NCBI GenBank assembly: GCA_020050845.1
Contig: JAGVJZ010000030.1
Span: forward strand, 1-45,662
Source of the DNA: Gammaproteobacteria bacterium
GTDB taxonomy: Bacteria; Pseudomonadota; Gammaproteobacteria; UBA6002
Direction of reading: 5' to 3'
DNA length: 45,662 nucleotides
This document shows, piece by piece, positions 28,615-37,999 of the stretch. Position 1 is the stretch's first letter. Every line of letters begins with the position of its first letter. Under the pieces are notes generated by a model. That model was not told where the DNA came from, ran no database searches, and saw only the letters and a program-made list of their open reading frames with translations. Position numbers and translations under genes: made by a program.

Positions 28615-29634
28615 ATGGCGGAGCAAATGAAAAAAATTAACAGACTTTATTACTCTATTTGGGATGTCTTGGGCCTTGGGAAAAAAATACAAGATGCACC
28701 AACCGGGTATACTGAAGATGGCTATCATTATCACGATGGCGCCAATGCGGATCGTGTTGTTGTGACCCGTGGGCACGTTGGCTACTACGATGTTTTTCCA
28801 AAGCATCAATTCTTAGGAGCCCTCTATCATTTTGCAAAAATGGGCAAAGCTTTAAGTGAAGCTTTTAAACCCTACCAATCGTCTGGAAAAATTAAACGCG
28901 ATTTGCTCCAGCCCGTAAATGGGGTAATTAACATTGCCAAAGGACTCGTGATCTTAGTATTTAGCCTTCTTGCAGCGGCATTGTGGACTGCAATTTTACC
29001 ATTCGCTTTGCTCTTGAGTTTATGTCTATTACCAATTTGTTTGTTAGCCATGACCGCACCTTTTTTCGTAAAGGCAATTTACCCCATTAGTTGGTTTATC
29101 GAAGGATTGACTACTGTGATCAGAGGTGTGGCTCAAGTAGGCTGCACACCATTGGCTTACCTTTTCGAATTGCCGTTCAGAGGCGCAATGACTTTTTCAG
29201 GTTCACTAGAGGTTGCAGAAGATAAACCTGAAATTCAAAGATTGGTTACCGAGGCAGAAGGAAAAATAAAATCACTAGTTTCTGTTTCAGAGGTTAAGGG
29301 GATGTCCTGGGATGACGTTAATCTTGCTGAACGGGAAGCGGCATCATTGCTATTTGAAATACAGAGAAAATATTCTAAGTCCGTTAATGAGGGTTGGCAT
29401 ACGCGCCATGATTCGCTCGATATTGCAGCTCACTATACGAGCTATTCAAGTTTCTTTCCTGCTTTCAAAGCCGCAGCGGAAAAACCTTATCAGTGGCGTG
29501 CTGAAACTAAATACCCACCTAAAATAGCTAATGAGACACAAAAGGAAGCTCTTGCGTATTTAGAATTTTATAAAGCTTCAGGCCGACGTGACCCAGAAGA
29601 AAGAGACTCACTACTTCGAACTGCTACCCTATAG
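28615..29634 (+). CDS. Hypothetical membrane protein (long central hydrophobic hairpin)
   Basis: 339-aa ORF with about 45 contiguous hydrophobic residues; no family recognised. Confidence 0.75.
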   Translation: MAEQMKKINRLYYSIWDVLGLGKKIQDAPTGYTEDGYHYHDGANADRVVVTRGHVGYYDVFPKHQFLGALYHFAKMGKALSEAFKPYQSSGKIKRDLLQPVNGVINIAKGLVILVFSLLAAALWTAILPFALLLSLCLLPICLLAMTAPFFVKAIYPISWFIEGLTTVIRGVAQVGCTPLAYLFELPFRGAMTFSGSLEVAEDKPEIQRLVTEAEGKIKSLVSVSEVKGMSWDDVNLAEREAASLLFEIQRKYSKSVNEGWHTRHDSLDIAAHYTSYSSFFPAFKAAAEKPYQWRAETKYPPKIANETQKEALAYLEFYKASGRRDPEERDSLLRTATL

Positions 29635-29650
29635 ACCTCCAAACAACTTA

Positions 29651-29688
29651 AGAATTGTGTATGGTTGAAATAACTTATACACAATTCT
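29651..29688. terminator. Hairpin downstream of 28615..29634, containing a DnaA-box-like 9-mer
   Basis: AGAATTGTGTAT...ATACACAATTCT 12-bp IR; TTATACACA at 29675-29683. Confidence 0.45.
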
Positions 29689-29752
29689 AACTTTAAATTT
29701 AACATCCTTCTCTAATTAGTCATTATTCGATTGGTGGTTGAATTTATGCTCA

Positions 29753-29885
29753 TAACTTATTGAAAATAAAATATTTTTACTTCGTGCTTAAAAAATACTC
29801 AATTTGTTATAGCCGAATTAGAACAATGATTTAGGTTCAATCTCGACCTGTTCTCCACAAACTTATCCACAGACTTTGTTGATAA
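29753..29885. promoter_or_regulatory. DnaA-box trio with upstream IHF-like site (DARS-like element)
   Basis: TTCTCCACA-3-TTATCCACA-5-TGTTGATAA (29851-29885); TAACTTATTGAAA (29753-29765) is one mismatch from the IHF consensus on the minus strand. Confidence 0.6.
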
Positions 29886-29972
29886 CTTTTGAGCTTTTTT
29901 GGCTTTTAGCATTTATTCAATGACATAGCGCGATATTGTGTGGAGTTACTTTTATTATGCCTCGTAACTCAG

Positions 29973-30920
29973 TTAAAAATGTCGGTAACCCGTACCTGTT
30001 AAGGGTAATGATTCACCATTCTCCAGAACGCGTAGCTCCCTGCCCTCTTCAATGCGACCAATACAGGTCATAAGGCAGGCTGTCTTTCGACTGATCTCAG
30101 CCAGCGAGTCTAGATCTTTCTGCGCTATCGTAAAGCACAGTTCATAATCATCACCTGAAGTCAGCGCAGATGCTTTTTCTGGCAGGAGCTTTGTAACGGG
30201 TAAGGCATTGACGTCAATGACACCCCCAACCTCACTAGCTTCAAGGATGTGTTGTAAATCAGCAATGAGCCCATCAGAAATATCAATCGCAGCGGTGGCA
30301 ATATCACTCAATAATTTTCCCTCAGCTAAACGAGGAGTAGGCTGCCATAAGTGTTTTAATAACTGCTCTTGTTGACCGGCGTTGATATTTTTGAATCGCT
30401 CTGGATTTTGTAAGAAGGCTAAAGCAAGTCCACCCTCCCCTAACGTTCCGGTCACATAAATTAAGTCCCCTGGTCTTGCACCATGACGAGTAAGATAATG
30501 TTTTGGATCACAAGCACCCAGTAATTGAGTACTTACCGCGAGCGGACCACGCGTCAGGTTACCGCCTACCAGTGCCACCTGGTATCGATCTAAACAGGCA
30601 TACAGTCCTTTGGAGAAATCTTCCAGCCAATCGGCGTGAGGGAGAGGTATGGTCAGCGCTACTGCTGCCCAGAGTGGCTCGCCACCCATTGCCGCAATAT
30701 CGCTTAAACTGACGGCGATTGATTTATAACCAATATCAAACGGGGAAGTAGTAGGAAAAAAATGTACTCCTTCATTTAGAGTATCGACCGTCACTAAAAG
30801 ACGCTTTCCGGGAGGAGGACAAAGCACGGCGCAATCATCACCACTACCTATCGCAACGTCATCTCGAAGATGAGGCCTTTTAAAGTATGTGGCTATAATG
30901 TCAAACTCATTTAGTGGCAT
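29973..30920 (-). CDS. thiL: Thiamine-monophosphate kinase
   Basis: EFDII..YF; GDDCA; SLSDIAAMG; AIDISDGL; GDDYELCFT; GYRHF. Confidence 0.96.
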   Translation of the reverse strand: MPLNEFDIIATYFKRPHLRDDVAIGSGDDCAVLCPPPGKRLLVTVDTLNEGVHFFPTTSPFDIGYKSIAVSLSDIAAMGGEPLWAAVALTIPLPHADWLEDFSKGLYACLDRYQVALVGGNLTRGPLAVSTQLLGACDPKHYLTRHGARPGDLIYVTGTLGEGGLALAFLQNPERFKNINAGQQEQLLKHLWQPTPRLAEGKLLSDIATAAIDISDGLIADLQHILEASEVGGVIDVNALPVTKLLPEKASALTSGDDYELCFTIAQKDLDSLAEISRKTACLMTCIGRIEEGRELRVLENGESLPLTGTGYRHF

Positions 30921-30932
30921 GACTGGCCTTGT

Positions 30933-31403
30933 TTAATCCGATTTTTTTGCAGAATCTTTACTTTGCTGTAACGAAATCTCTAAGCCACGAATATTCTTAG
31001 CTAATGTGTCCAAGACACCATTAACATATTTAAATCCTTCTTGCGCTCCAAAGGTTTTAGTAATCTGGAGGGCTTCATTGATAACCACTTTATAAGGAAT
31101 ATCTTGTCGATACAATAATTCATAAACAGCAATCCGTAGCACCGCTAATTCTACTGGATTAAGATCATGAAATGGTCGATCCAACGCTTTTTCAATGGTG
31201 TTATCGATTTCGGTCAACTTTTTGGGGATTTGATGCAATATTTCGCTGAAATATTCTGTGTCAACTTTAGAAAGATCGTACTCTTCGTGGAATTGAAGCT
31301 CAATATCAGCCGGTGAATCTTGAGTAAATTGCCATTGATAAATAGCTTGTAGTGCGCATTCACGCGCTCTATGTCGTTCGGAATTTTTTTGCTTATTCAT
31401 CAA
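30933..31403 (-). CDS. nusB: Transcription antitermination factor NusB
   Basis: [15 protein letters not shown]; PYKVVINEA; FG....KYVNGVLD. Confidence 0.97.
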   Translation of the reverse strand: MMNKQKNSERHRARECALQAIYQWQFTQDSPADIELQFHEEYDLSKVDTEYFSEILHQIPKKLTEIDNTIEKALDRPFHDLNPVELAVLRIAVYELLYRQDIPYKVVINEALQITKTFGAQEGFKYVNGVLDTLAKNIRGLEISLQQSKDSAKKSD

Positions 31404-31863
31404 TCTCTTCTTGGGTAATTTCTAACTGGTCAATTTCTTTGATAAAGGCATTAATGTCTTGAAAACTTCGATAGACCGATGCAAAACGGACATAAGCCAC
31501 TTGGTCCATCGTTAAAAGCTCACGCATTACCAGTTCGCCAATAAATTTTGAATCAACTTCTTTTTCGCCTGTAGTACGCAATTTGTGGATGATATGGCTG
31601 ATCGCCGTATCCACAGCTTCGACACCTACAGGTCGTTTTTCTAAAGCCTTTAACATGCCAATACGCAATTTATTTTCATCAAAAGGACTGCGTCGACCAT
31701 CATTTTTGATAATACGCGGCAAGACTAATTCAGCTGTTTCATAAGTGGTAAAACGTTCTTTACAATCAATACATTCTCTACGACGACGAACCTGATTATT
31801 TTCAGTGACCAAGCGTGAATCAATGACTTTTGAATCAGGCGTATTACAAAATGGACAATGCAT
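31393..31863 (-). CDS. nrdR: Transcriptional repressor NrdR
   Basis: [14 protein letters not shown]; RRRREC..C..RFTTYE; AYVRFASVY. Confidence 0.98.
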   Translation of the reverse strand: MHCPFCNTPDSKVIDSRLVTENNQVRRRRECIDCKERFTTYETAELVLPRIIKNDGRRSPFDENKLRIGMLKALEKRPVGVEAVDTAISHIIHKLRTTGEKEVDSKFIGELVMRELLTMDQVAYVRFASVYRSFQDINAFIKEIDQLEITQEEIDE

Positions 31864-31894
31864 TTATCACCAGTGTTTTTATTTTATTATAAGG

Positions 31895-33145
31895 TTAAAC
31901 ATAGACAGGAAAACGTTCACATAGATCTGAAACTTGCTGACGCACATCGGCAATTGTCTGCTGATTCTCTATATCTTCCAGAATATCTGAAATCCATTGC
32001 GCTAGCAAAGAACATTCCAGTTCGGTGAAGCCACGGGTTGTGACCGCTGGGGTTCCAATTCGTAAACCACTGGTAATAAATGGTGACCGAGTATCATTGG
32101 GAACTGCGTTTTTGTTCACTGTGATATGCGCTAATCCAAGGGCAGCTTCTGCATCTTTACCGGTAATCTCTTTATTTAAGAGGCTAAGTAAAAATAAATG
32201 ATTTTCAGTGCCACCCGATACGATGTCAAAGCCACGCTCCATGAAGGTTTGCGCCATGATTTTCGCATTAGACAGAACTTGTTCTTGGTAAATTTTGAAT
32301 TCAGGTAATAAAGCTTCTCGTAATGCCACGGCTTTGGCTGCAATGACATGCATCAATGGACCACCTTGTAATCCTGGAAATACTGCTGAGTTTAATCTCT
32401 TTTCGATTTCTGGATTAGCCTTAGCCAGTATCATGCCACCACGTGGCCCGCGTAGAGTTTTATGGGTGGTTGTTGTGGTCACATCTGCAATATTCACCGG
32501 TGAAGGATACAGCCCTGCAGCGACTAACCCGGCAACATGAGCCATATCAGCCACTAAAAATGCACCCGCTTCATCGGCAATCTTGCGAAACCGTTCCCAA
32601 TCTACAATTTGAGAATAAGCTGAAAAACCCGCGATAATAATTTTAGGTGAGTGATCGAGGGCTAAGCGTCTCACCTCGTCATAGTCGATAATTCCAGAGG
32701 AATTTAAGCCATAAGTCACTGAATTATAAATACGACCTGAAAAATTAACCTTGGCACCGTGAGTTAGATGGCCACCATGAGCCAGGCTCATCCCCAATAA
32801 AGTATCACCAGGATTACATAACGCCATATACGCCGCTGCATTAGCTTGCGAACCGGAATGCGGTTGGACGTTAGCATAATCAGCTTCGAACAATTCCTTA
32901 GCACGATCAATGGCAAGTTGTTCGACCACATCGACATATTCACAGCCACCATAGTAGCGTTTCCCGGGATAACCTTCGGCATACTTATTGGTTAGGACTG
33001 AACCTTGGGCTTGAAGTACCCTCATACTAGCGTAATTTTCGGAGGCAATCAGTTCTACATGCTGCTCTTGACGGTGTGCTTCTGCTTCAATGGCATTCCA
33101 TAATTCACTGTCATATTCCGAAATTGAAAGATCATTCTGCAGCAT
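31895..33145 (-). CDS. glyA: Serine hydroxymethyltransferase
   Basis: ELIASEN; [15 protein letters not shown]; [13 protein letters not shown]; start re-called at ATG 33145 after AAGGAG. Confidence 0.98.
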   Translation of the reverse strand: MLQNDLSISEYDSELWNAIEAEAHRQEQHVELIASENYASMRVLQAQGSVLTNKYAEGYPGKRYYGGCEYVDVVEQLAIDRAKELFEADYANVQPHSGSQANAAAYMALCNPGDTLLGMSLAHGGHLTHGAKVNFSGRIYNSVTYGLNSSGIIDYDEVRRLALDHSPKIIIAGFSAYSQIVDWERFRKIADEAGAFLVADMAHVAGLVAAGLYPSPVNIADVTTTTTHKTLRGPRGGMILAKANPEIEKRLNSAVFPGLQGGPLMHVIAAKAVALREALLPEFKIYQEQVLSNAKIMAQTFMERGFDIVSGGTENHLFLLSLLNKEITGKDAEAALGLAHITVNKNAVPNDTRSPFITSGLRIGTPAVTTRGFTELECSLLAQWISDILEDIENQQTIADVRQQVSDLCERFPVYV

Positions 33146-33311
33146 AGGTAACTCCTTGGGGGGGTAGAGAAGCATTATAGGTTAATTTCAGAAGTATGCA
33201 AAAAACCGTAACCTGTATATGACTTGACCAAACCCAGCATTAAATTAAAGTTGAATAAAATACTTTAAGATAATAGTCAAAAATGATAAATTTACTGTTA
33301 TAGCGGATTTC

Positions 33312-34829
33312 ATGCAGGTAAGACTACTTATGGCTCTAGATAATACAGAGATAATCGAACAAATTGGGAACAACACTCCTTCTTTAAGTTCTGCATATCT
33401 ACATAAACTGGATGAAGCTCAAAAATCAGCTTTAATAAAAGTTCTTGAAACGAATACCAACCTCAAAACTTTAAATCTCGTATTTAATAACTTCACCGAC
33501 GCCGAAGTAGAAGGATTAGGCAGAGCCAATATCCGTTCACTTATTATTTCGGGCAATAAACTAGGTGATCGAAGCCTAATTTATGTGCTAGCTAATCCTA
33601 ATCTTACCAACCTAGTAATTGAGCATAACCGAATCTCAGCTCTGGGGGTCGAAACTTTAGCTTCATTCTCACAGCTCACTATTTTGGATATCAACCGCAA
33701 TTTTCTTAAAGATGCGGGAGCAAAAATTTTAGCCGGTCATCCATCGCTAACTCACTTAGAGGTATCTGCCAATGCCATAACAGATGACGGCATCATCGCT
33801 CTTGCTACCAACACTCGACTTCGCACCCTTCACGCGAGCGAAAATCTGATTACATCCGATGGAGTTAGAGCTTTAGCTAGCAATACTGGCCTTACTAAAC
33901 TTCATCTGCGTGAAAATAATATTCAAGCTGAAGGAGTTCTAGCATTTGCATACAATACGAGTCTGACTACTCTCAATATTGGGCGCAACAAAATAACAGC
34001 TGTGGGAGCAAGAGCATTAGCTGCAATGGCACGATTGACCACGCTTTTGGTTGATTCCAATGAAATGAATGGATATGGAGCACATCTTCTAGCACAAAGT
34101 ACCTCTCTAACTTCCTTGCACCTTGATAATAATCAAGTAGACGGTTTAGGAGCTAACTCTTTAGCGAACAGTACCAATTTAACCCTACTTTCTCTTTCTA
34201 CCAATCTGATCGAAGATCCAGAAGCTATAGCTTTAGCAAAAAATTCTTCGCTGACCGATCTTAATCTTAATAGTAACTGCGTTGCTCGTGCTGGCGCTAA
34301 AGCTCTCGCTAGAAATACGACGCTGACTAGTCTTGCGCTTTATGAGAATGAAATTGAAGAGGAAGGAGCACAAGCATTTGTTGAGAATAGACACCTTACT
34401 TGTCTTTTTCTAAAAAGTAGCAAGATAACGAAGGAAAGAACACAACAAATTCTGCATATCACGCATTTAAATAAAAAAGCTAATGAATTACGATTTATTG
34501 AACAAGTTGTTGAGATTGCAAAAGGTTGTAGACAATCACAACAATCACACTGGCGACTGCTACCAAGTGATGTAGTGCTTATTATTCTTCTTTATTTAGC
34601 GGGAACTAATTTAAGTCCACGCGAAACGATTACGAAAACATGTTTGTTTTTGCTCACCACAATTAGAACCTCTTCTGAAGGTCAATTAAATTGGAATTCC
34701 AACAGCCAAAAAAGTACATTTTTTAAAGTGTGGGATGTGCAAAAACTTAAAGAGGTTAGAAGTCGCTTTCCTCAAATAGAAACGGCAGGTGCAACATCTT
34801 TAGATAAACACCTGGCCCCGAGCATGTAA
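33312..34829 (+). CDS. LRR protein with C-terminal F-box-like module (start may be ATG 33330)
   Basis: GALA-type repeats; WRLLPSDVVLIILLYL...KTCLFL...GQLNW...STFFKVW. Confidence 0.9.
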   Translation: MQVRLLMALDNTEIIEQIGNNTPSLSSAYLHKLDEAQKSALIKVLETNTNLKTLNLVFNNFTDAEVEGLGRANIRSLIISGNKLGDRSLIYVLANPNLTNLVIEHNRISALGVETLASFSQLTILDINRNFLKDAGAKILAGHPSLTHLEVSANAITDDGIIALATNTRLRTLHASENLITSDGVRALASNTGLTKLHLRENNIQAEGVLAFAYNTSLTTLNIGRNKITAVGARALAAMARLTTLLVDSNEMNGYGAHLLAQSTSLTSLHLDNNQVDGLGANSLANSTNLTLLSLSTNLIEDPEAIALAKNSSLTDLNLNSNCVARAGAKALARNTTLTSLALYENEIEEEGAQAFVENRHLTCLFLKSSKITKERTQQILHITHLNKKANELRFIEQVVEIAKGCRQSQQSHWRLLPSDVVLIILLYLAGTNLSPRETITKTCLFLLTTIRTSSEGQLNWNSNSQKSTFFKVWDVQKLKEVRSRFPQIETAGATSLDKHLAPSM

Positions 34830-34867
34830 ACACTTTTAGCCTGCTATTGCCTTTTGTTATTCCCGTG

Positions 34868-34952
34868 CTTTTTGTCATTCCTGCGAAAGCGGGAATCTAT
34901 GTTATGTGTAGCTAGAAGTATGGATTCCCGCTTTCGCGGGAATGACAAAAAG
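34868..34952. repeat. Inverted doublet of dRS3-like palindromes (REPIN-like) between two LRR genes
   Basis: GTCATTCCTGCGAAAGCGGGAATCT ... GGATTCCCGCTTTCGCGGGAATGAC; second unit fits ATTCCC-N8-GGGAAT exactly. Confidence 0.8.
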
Positions 34953-34985
34953 TGTGAGAAAGACAAATAGTATAAGAGGTATGTA

Positions 34986-36434
34986 GTGTCGAAAAGTAAT
35001 TTAGAAATTATCGCACAAGTTAAGAGCAACGAAGTTCAGTTAACGTCTGTCGACATTCAGAAATTGAACGAGACTGAGATGACATCTCTAGTAGCGGCTC
35101 TTCAAACTAATACTCGACTTAGCTCGTTGAATATCACTTATAGCACCGTCACAGATGCAATTGCGCTAGGATTAGGTCAAGGCAATTTTAGTACCCTTAT
35201 CGCTTGTGATTGTAAAATAAATGATGACGGATTTATCCGTTTACTTAACAATACAAATCTCACGAGCATGACACTCACAAGTAATCGTGTCTCAGAACAA
35301 GGAGTACGAACTTTATCTCAACATACTCAACTCACTTCTTTGGATATTAGTCACAACTTTCTTAAGGATGCAGGATCAAAAATTGTTGCTGATCATCCCT
35401 GCCTTACTCATCTAGAAATAGGTGGTAACATGATTACTGATGAAGGCATAAGAGCACTCGCAAAAAACACCCAACTTTGTAGACTTTATCTCTACGAAAA
35501 TTTATTTACATCGGATGGAATTAAAATGCTGGCGAATAATTCGCAACTAACAACTCTTAATGTTGGCAGTAGCATGCTTAAAGCAAGTGCAGCGCAAATT
35601 TTAGCTACAATGGGAAGTCTTACGTCACTCTCTATTCAAACAAATGAGATCGAAGATTCAGGAGCGTTAGCACTAGCTACAAATAGTAATCTCACTAGAC
35701 TTGATGTCTCCGGTAATGTAATTAGGGACGCAGGAGCCCAAGCTTTAGCTACTCTTAACAATCTCAAAGTTCTTTTGATTGCAGGAAATTACATCGGTAA
35801 TGTTGGCGCCAAAGCTTTAGCAAATAGTACCTGTCTAACACACCTTGATCTGGGCAACAACATCATCACTAATGAGGGTGGGATGGCCCTTGCCAAAAAT
35901 ACCTGCCTAACTCGTCTCCACCTTTCTGGTAATGGTATCAATGATGAGGGGGCAAAATTATTTGTTCAAAATAGGCAGCTCTTTTTTCTTTCTTTATCTA
36001 CCCATAACAGTCAGATTAAAAGAGAAACTACAGAACTAATTACCCGTTGCACTCATTTAAACAAAAAAGTCAAAGAATTACGATTAATTGAGCAAATCAT
36101 TGAGATTGCAAAAGGTTGTAGAATTTCACAAACTTCTCCATGGCGGCTCATACCAAATGATATAGTGATCATTATTTTTCTCTATATAGCTGGAACTAAT
36201 CTGCGTTCAGATAAACAGATTGCTCAAACCTGTTTATTTTTGCTAGCTACAATTAGACCATCGGCTCAAGGTCAATTAAACTGGAATTCAAACCGTCATA
36301 AAAGTACCTTCTTCAAAATGTGGAATGAACAAGAGCTTATAGATGTTAGAAGTCGTGATACTCAACCAGAAATAGTTGGAGCCGTGAAATCCAGTACAAT
36401 TATTTCTGAAACAAATTTTTCACTTAACATGTAA
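34986..36434 (+). CDS. LRR protein with C-terminal F-box-like module (GTG start)
   Basis: GALA-type repeats; WRLIPNDIVIIIFLYI...QTCLFL...GQLNW...STFFKMW; GAGG upstream of GTG. Confidence 0.9.
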   Translation: MSKSNLEIIAQVKSNEVQLTSVDIQKLNETEMTSLVAALQTNTRLSSLNITYSTVTDAIALGLGQGNFSTLIACDCKINDDGFIRLLNNTNLTSMTLTSNRVSEQGVRTLSQHTQLTSLDISHNFLKDAGSKIVADHPCLTHLEIGGNMITDEGIRALAKNTQLCRLYLYENLFTSDGIKMLANNSQLTTLNVGSSMLKASAAQILATMGSLTSLSIQTNEIEDSGALALATNSNLTRLDVSGNVIRDAGAQALATLNNLKVLLIAGNYIGNVGAKALANSTCLTHLDLGNNIITNEGGMALAKNTCLTRLHLSGNGINDEGAKLFVQNRQLFFLSLSTHNSQIKRETTELITRCTHLNKKVKELRLIEQIIEIAKGCRISQTSPWRLIPNDIVIIIFLYIAGTNLRSDKQIAQTCLFLLATIRPSAQGQLNWNSNRHKSTFFKMWNEQELIDVRSRDTQPEIVGAVKSSTIISETNFSLNM

Positions 36435-36466
36435 TCTAAACTAATTAAAAAATAAGAGTCCAAGTC

Positions 36467-37885
36467 ATGTTAAAAGATTCGATCGAAAAACATATTCAAA
36501 ATATTACCACTTTGTCCCACTTAAACTTAGAATCCCACGAAGTTGAAGATGCGGATGTCGCTATATTTGAGGCACTTAGAACAAACACCTTTATTACCTC
36601 TCTTTCTGTCAGCCATAATCAACTCGGGGAAAAGGGTGCAAAGTCGTTGGCGGCTATCCCTCACCTAGTTTTTATTGACCTCGGCGGCAATAGAATTGGT
36701 ACAGAAGGAGCCATCGCTTTCGCAAACCATCCCACCTTAAGATCTTTAAATATTGCCAGTAATGATGTTGCGCCTTCAGGAGTTAGGGTAGTTGCAAGTT
36801 TTACCTCTCTCACGTCTCTTAATGTCGGTGACAACCACCTAGATATTGAAGCGGTCCAAGCTCTAGCTAACCTGTGTCGCGTAAAATTTTTGTGTATTTC
36901 ACGTTGTGATATTAATGATCAAGAGACTTTGATCTTAGCGCAAAACACCCACCTCACAACACTTGATATCGGATTTAACAAAAAGATTACTACTGAGGGA
37001 ATCGCAGCGTTAGCTAACCATCCTAGTTTAACCAAACTTATAATAATGTGTTGTTCAATTAACGATCCAGGGGCCAAAATTTTAGCCACTGCTCTTCGCC
37101 TCACCTATCTCGATGTTAGTCATAATCAAATTAGGAAAGAAGGAGCATTGGCTCTTGCTAAGAATACCAACCTTACCTCCCTTCATATTGGTACGAATCC
37201 TATCCAAAACGCGGGGGTCAAGTTTTTAGCTACTAATACTAATTTAAGGGACCTTTCTGTCTTTGCAACTGAAATAGTAGATGAAGGGGCAATGGCTTTA
37301 GCTAGTAATACCACCCTGACGAAATTGTGTGTTAGTGGCAATCAGATTAGAGATTATGGAGCATGGGCATTTTCGAAAAATAAGACTCTCGTGAGTCTTG
37401 ATGCCAACAGCAACAGAATCGAAGACGAAGGCGCACAGGCGTTAGCATGTAATAACAGTCTTACTTATTTAAATATCTCTAGTAATTTAATTTCACAGGA
37501 AAAAGAGACTTCTGTTCAATTCGCCATCTCGCTAAACAAGAAAGCCAACGAATTACGATTTATTGAACAGGTTATTGAGATAGCAAAGGGTGGTAGGTCT
37601 TCACAACCACTATGTTCCTTTCCAAATGATATCTTAATCCTTATTCTTTCTTTAGTAGCTGGCAGCACTTTAAGAAGCCCACGGTGTGTGGCTGACGTTT
37701 GTCTATTTTTATTAGCAACTATTAGGCCTACCAAGAAAGGTGAGTTAAATTGGGGAACAGCTGCAAATAAAAGTCTATTTTTTAAGAAGTGGGATGATCA
37801 AGCACGTAAAGAAGTTGAGCAGCGTTACACTTTTATAGTACCAAAGCCTCCAACTAAAGGACCTACTTGGTGTGCGACTAGTTAA
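36467..37885 (+). CDS. LRR protein with C-terminal F-box-like module
   Basis: Contains the literal EGALALAKN repeat; FPNDILILILSLV...DVCLFL...GELNW...SLFFKKW. Confidence 0.9.
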   Translation: MLKDSIEKHIQNITTLSHLNLESHEVEDADVAIFEALRTNTFITSLSVSHNQLGEKGAKSLAAIPHLVFIDLGGNRIGTEGAIAFANHPTLRSLNIASNDVAPSGVRVVASFTSLTSLNVGDNHLDIEAVQALANLCRVKFLCISRCDINDQETLILAQNTHLTTLDIGFNKKITTEGIAALANHPSLTKLIIMCCSINDPGAKILATALRLTYLDVSHNQIRKEGALALAKNTNLTSLHIGTNPIQNAGVKFLATNTNLRDLSVFATEIVDEGAMALASNTTLTKLCVSGNQIRDYGAWAFSKNKTLVSLDANSNRIEDEGAQALACNNSLTYLNISSNLISQEKETSVQFAISLNKKANELRFIEQVIEIAKGGRSSQPLCSFPNDILILILSLVAGSTLRSPRCVADVCLFLLATIRPTKKGELNWGTAANKSLFFKKWDDQARKEVEQRYTFIVPKPPTKGPTWCATS

Positions 37886-37903
37886 CTTTTCATAAGCTTT
37901 TTT

Positions 37904-37992
37904 TCCCTCATCCGGCCTTGCGCCACCTTCTCCCACAAGTGGGAGAAGGGAGAAAACTTAAGTTGACACCTATGCGCCTGCGCAGGGAGTGA
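37904..37992. repeat. Composite repeat: inverted BoxC-like unit + TIR end + dRS3-like half
   Basis: TCCCTCATCCGGCC..GCCACCTTCTCCCACAAGTGGGAGAAGGGA, then CTTAAGTTGACACCTATG (37957-37974), then CGCCTGCGCAGGGAGTGA. Confidence 0.7.
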
Positions 37993-37999
37993 TTCCCTA

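Noticed and set aside
29640-29970. Possible oriC
   Set aside because: No dnaA/gidA/rpmH context and no switch in dominant gene strand; kept only as DARS-like.
34844-35029. 61-aa ORF containing SFPRKRES...DSRFRRND
   Set aside because: Translation of the dRS3-like palindrome doublet, not a gene.
1-37885. Idea that LRR genes are integron-like cassettes delimited by one repeat
   Set aside because: Flanking repeats belong to different families, several LRR junctions have none, the same repeats occur in the TCA operon, and no integrase is present.
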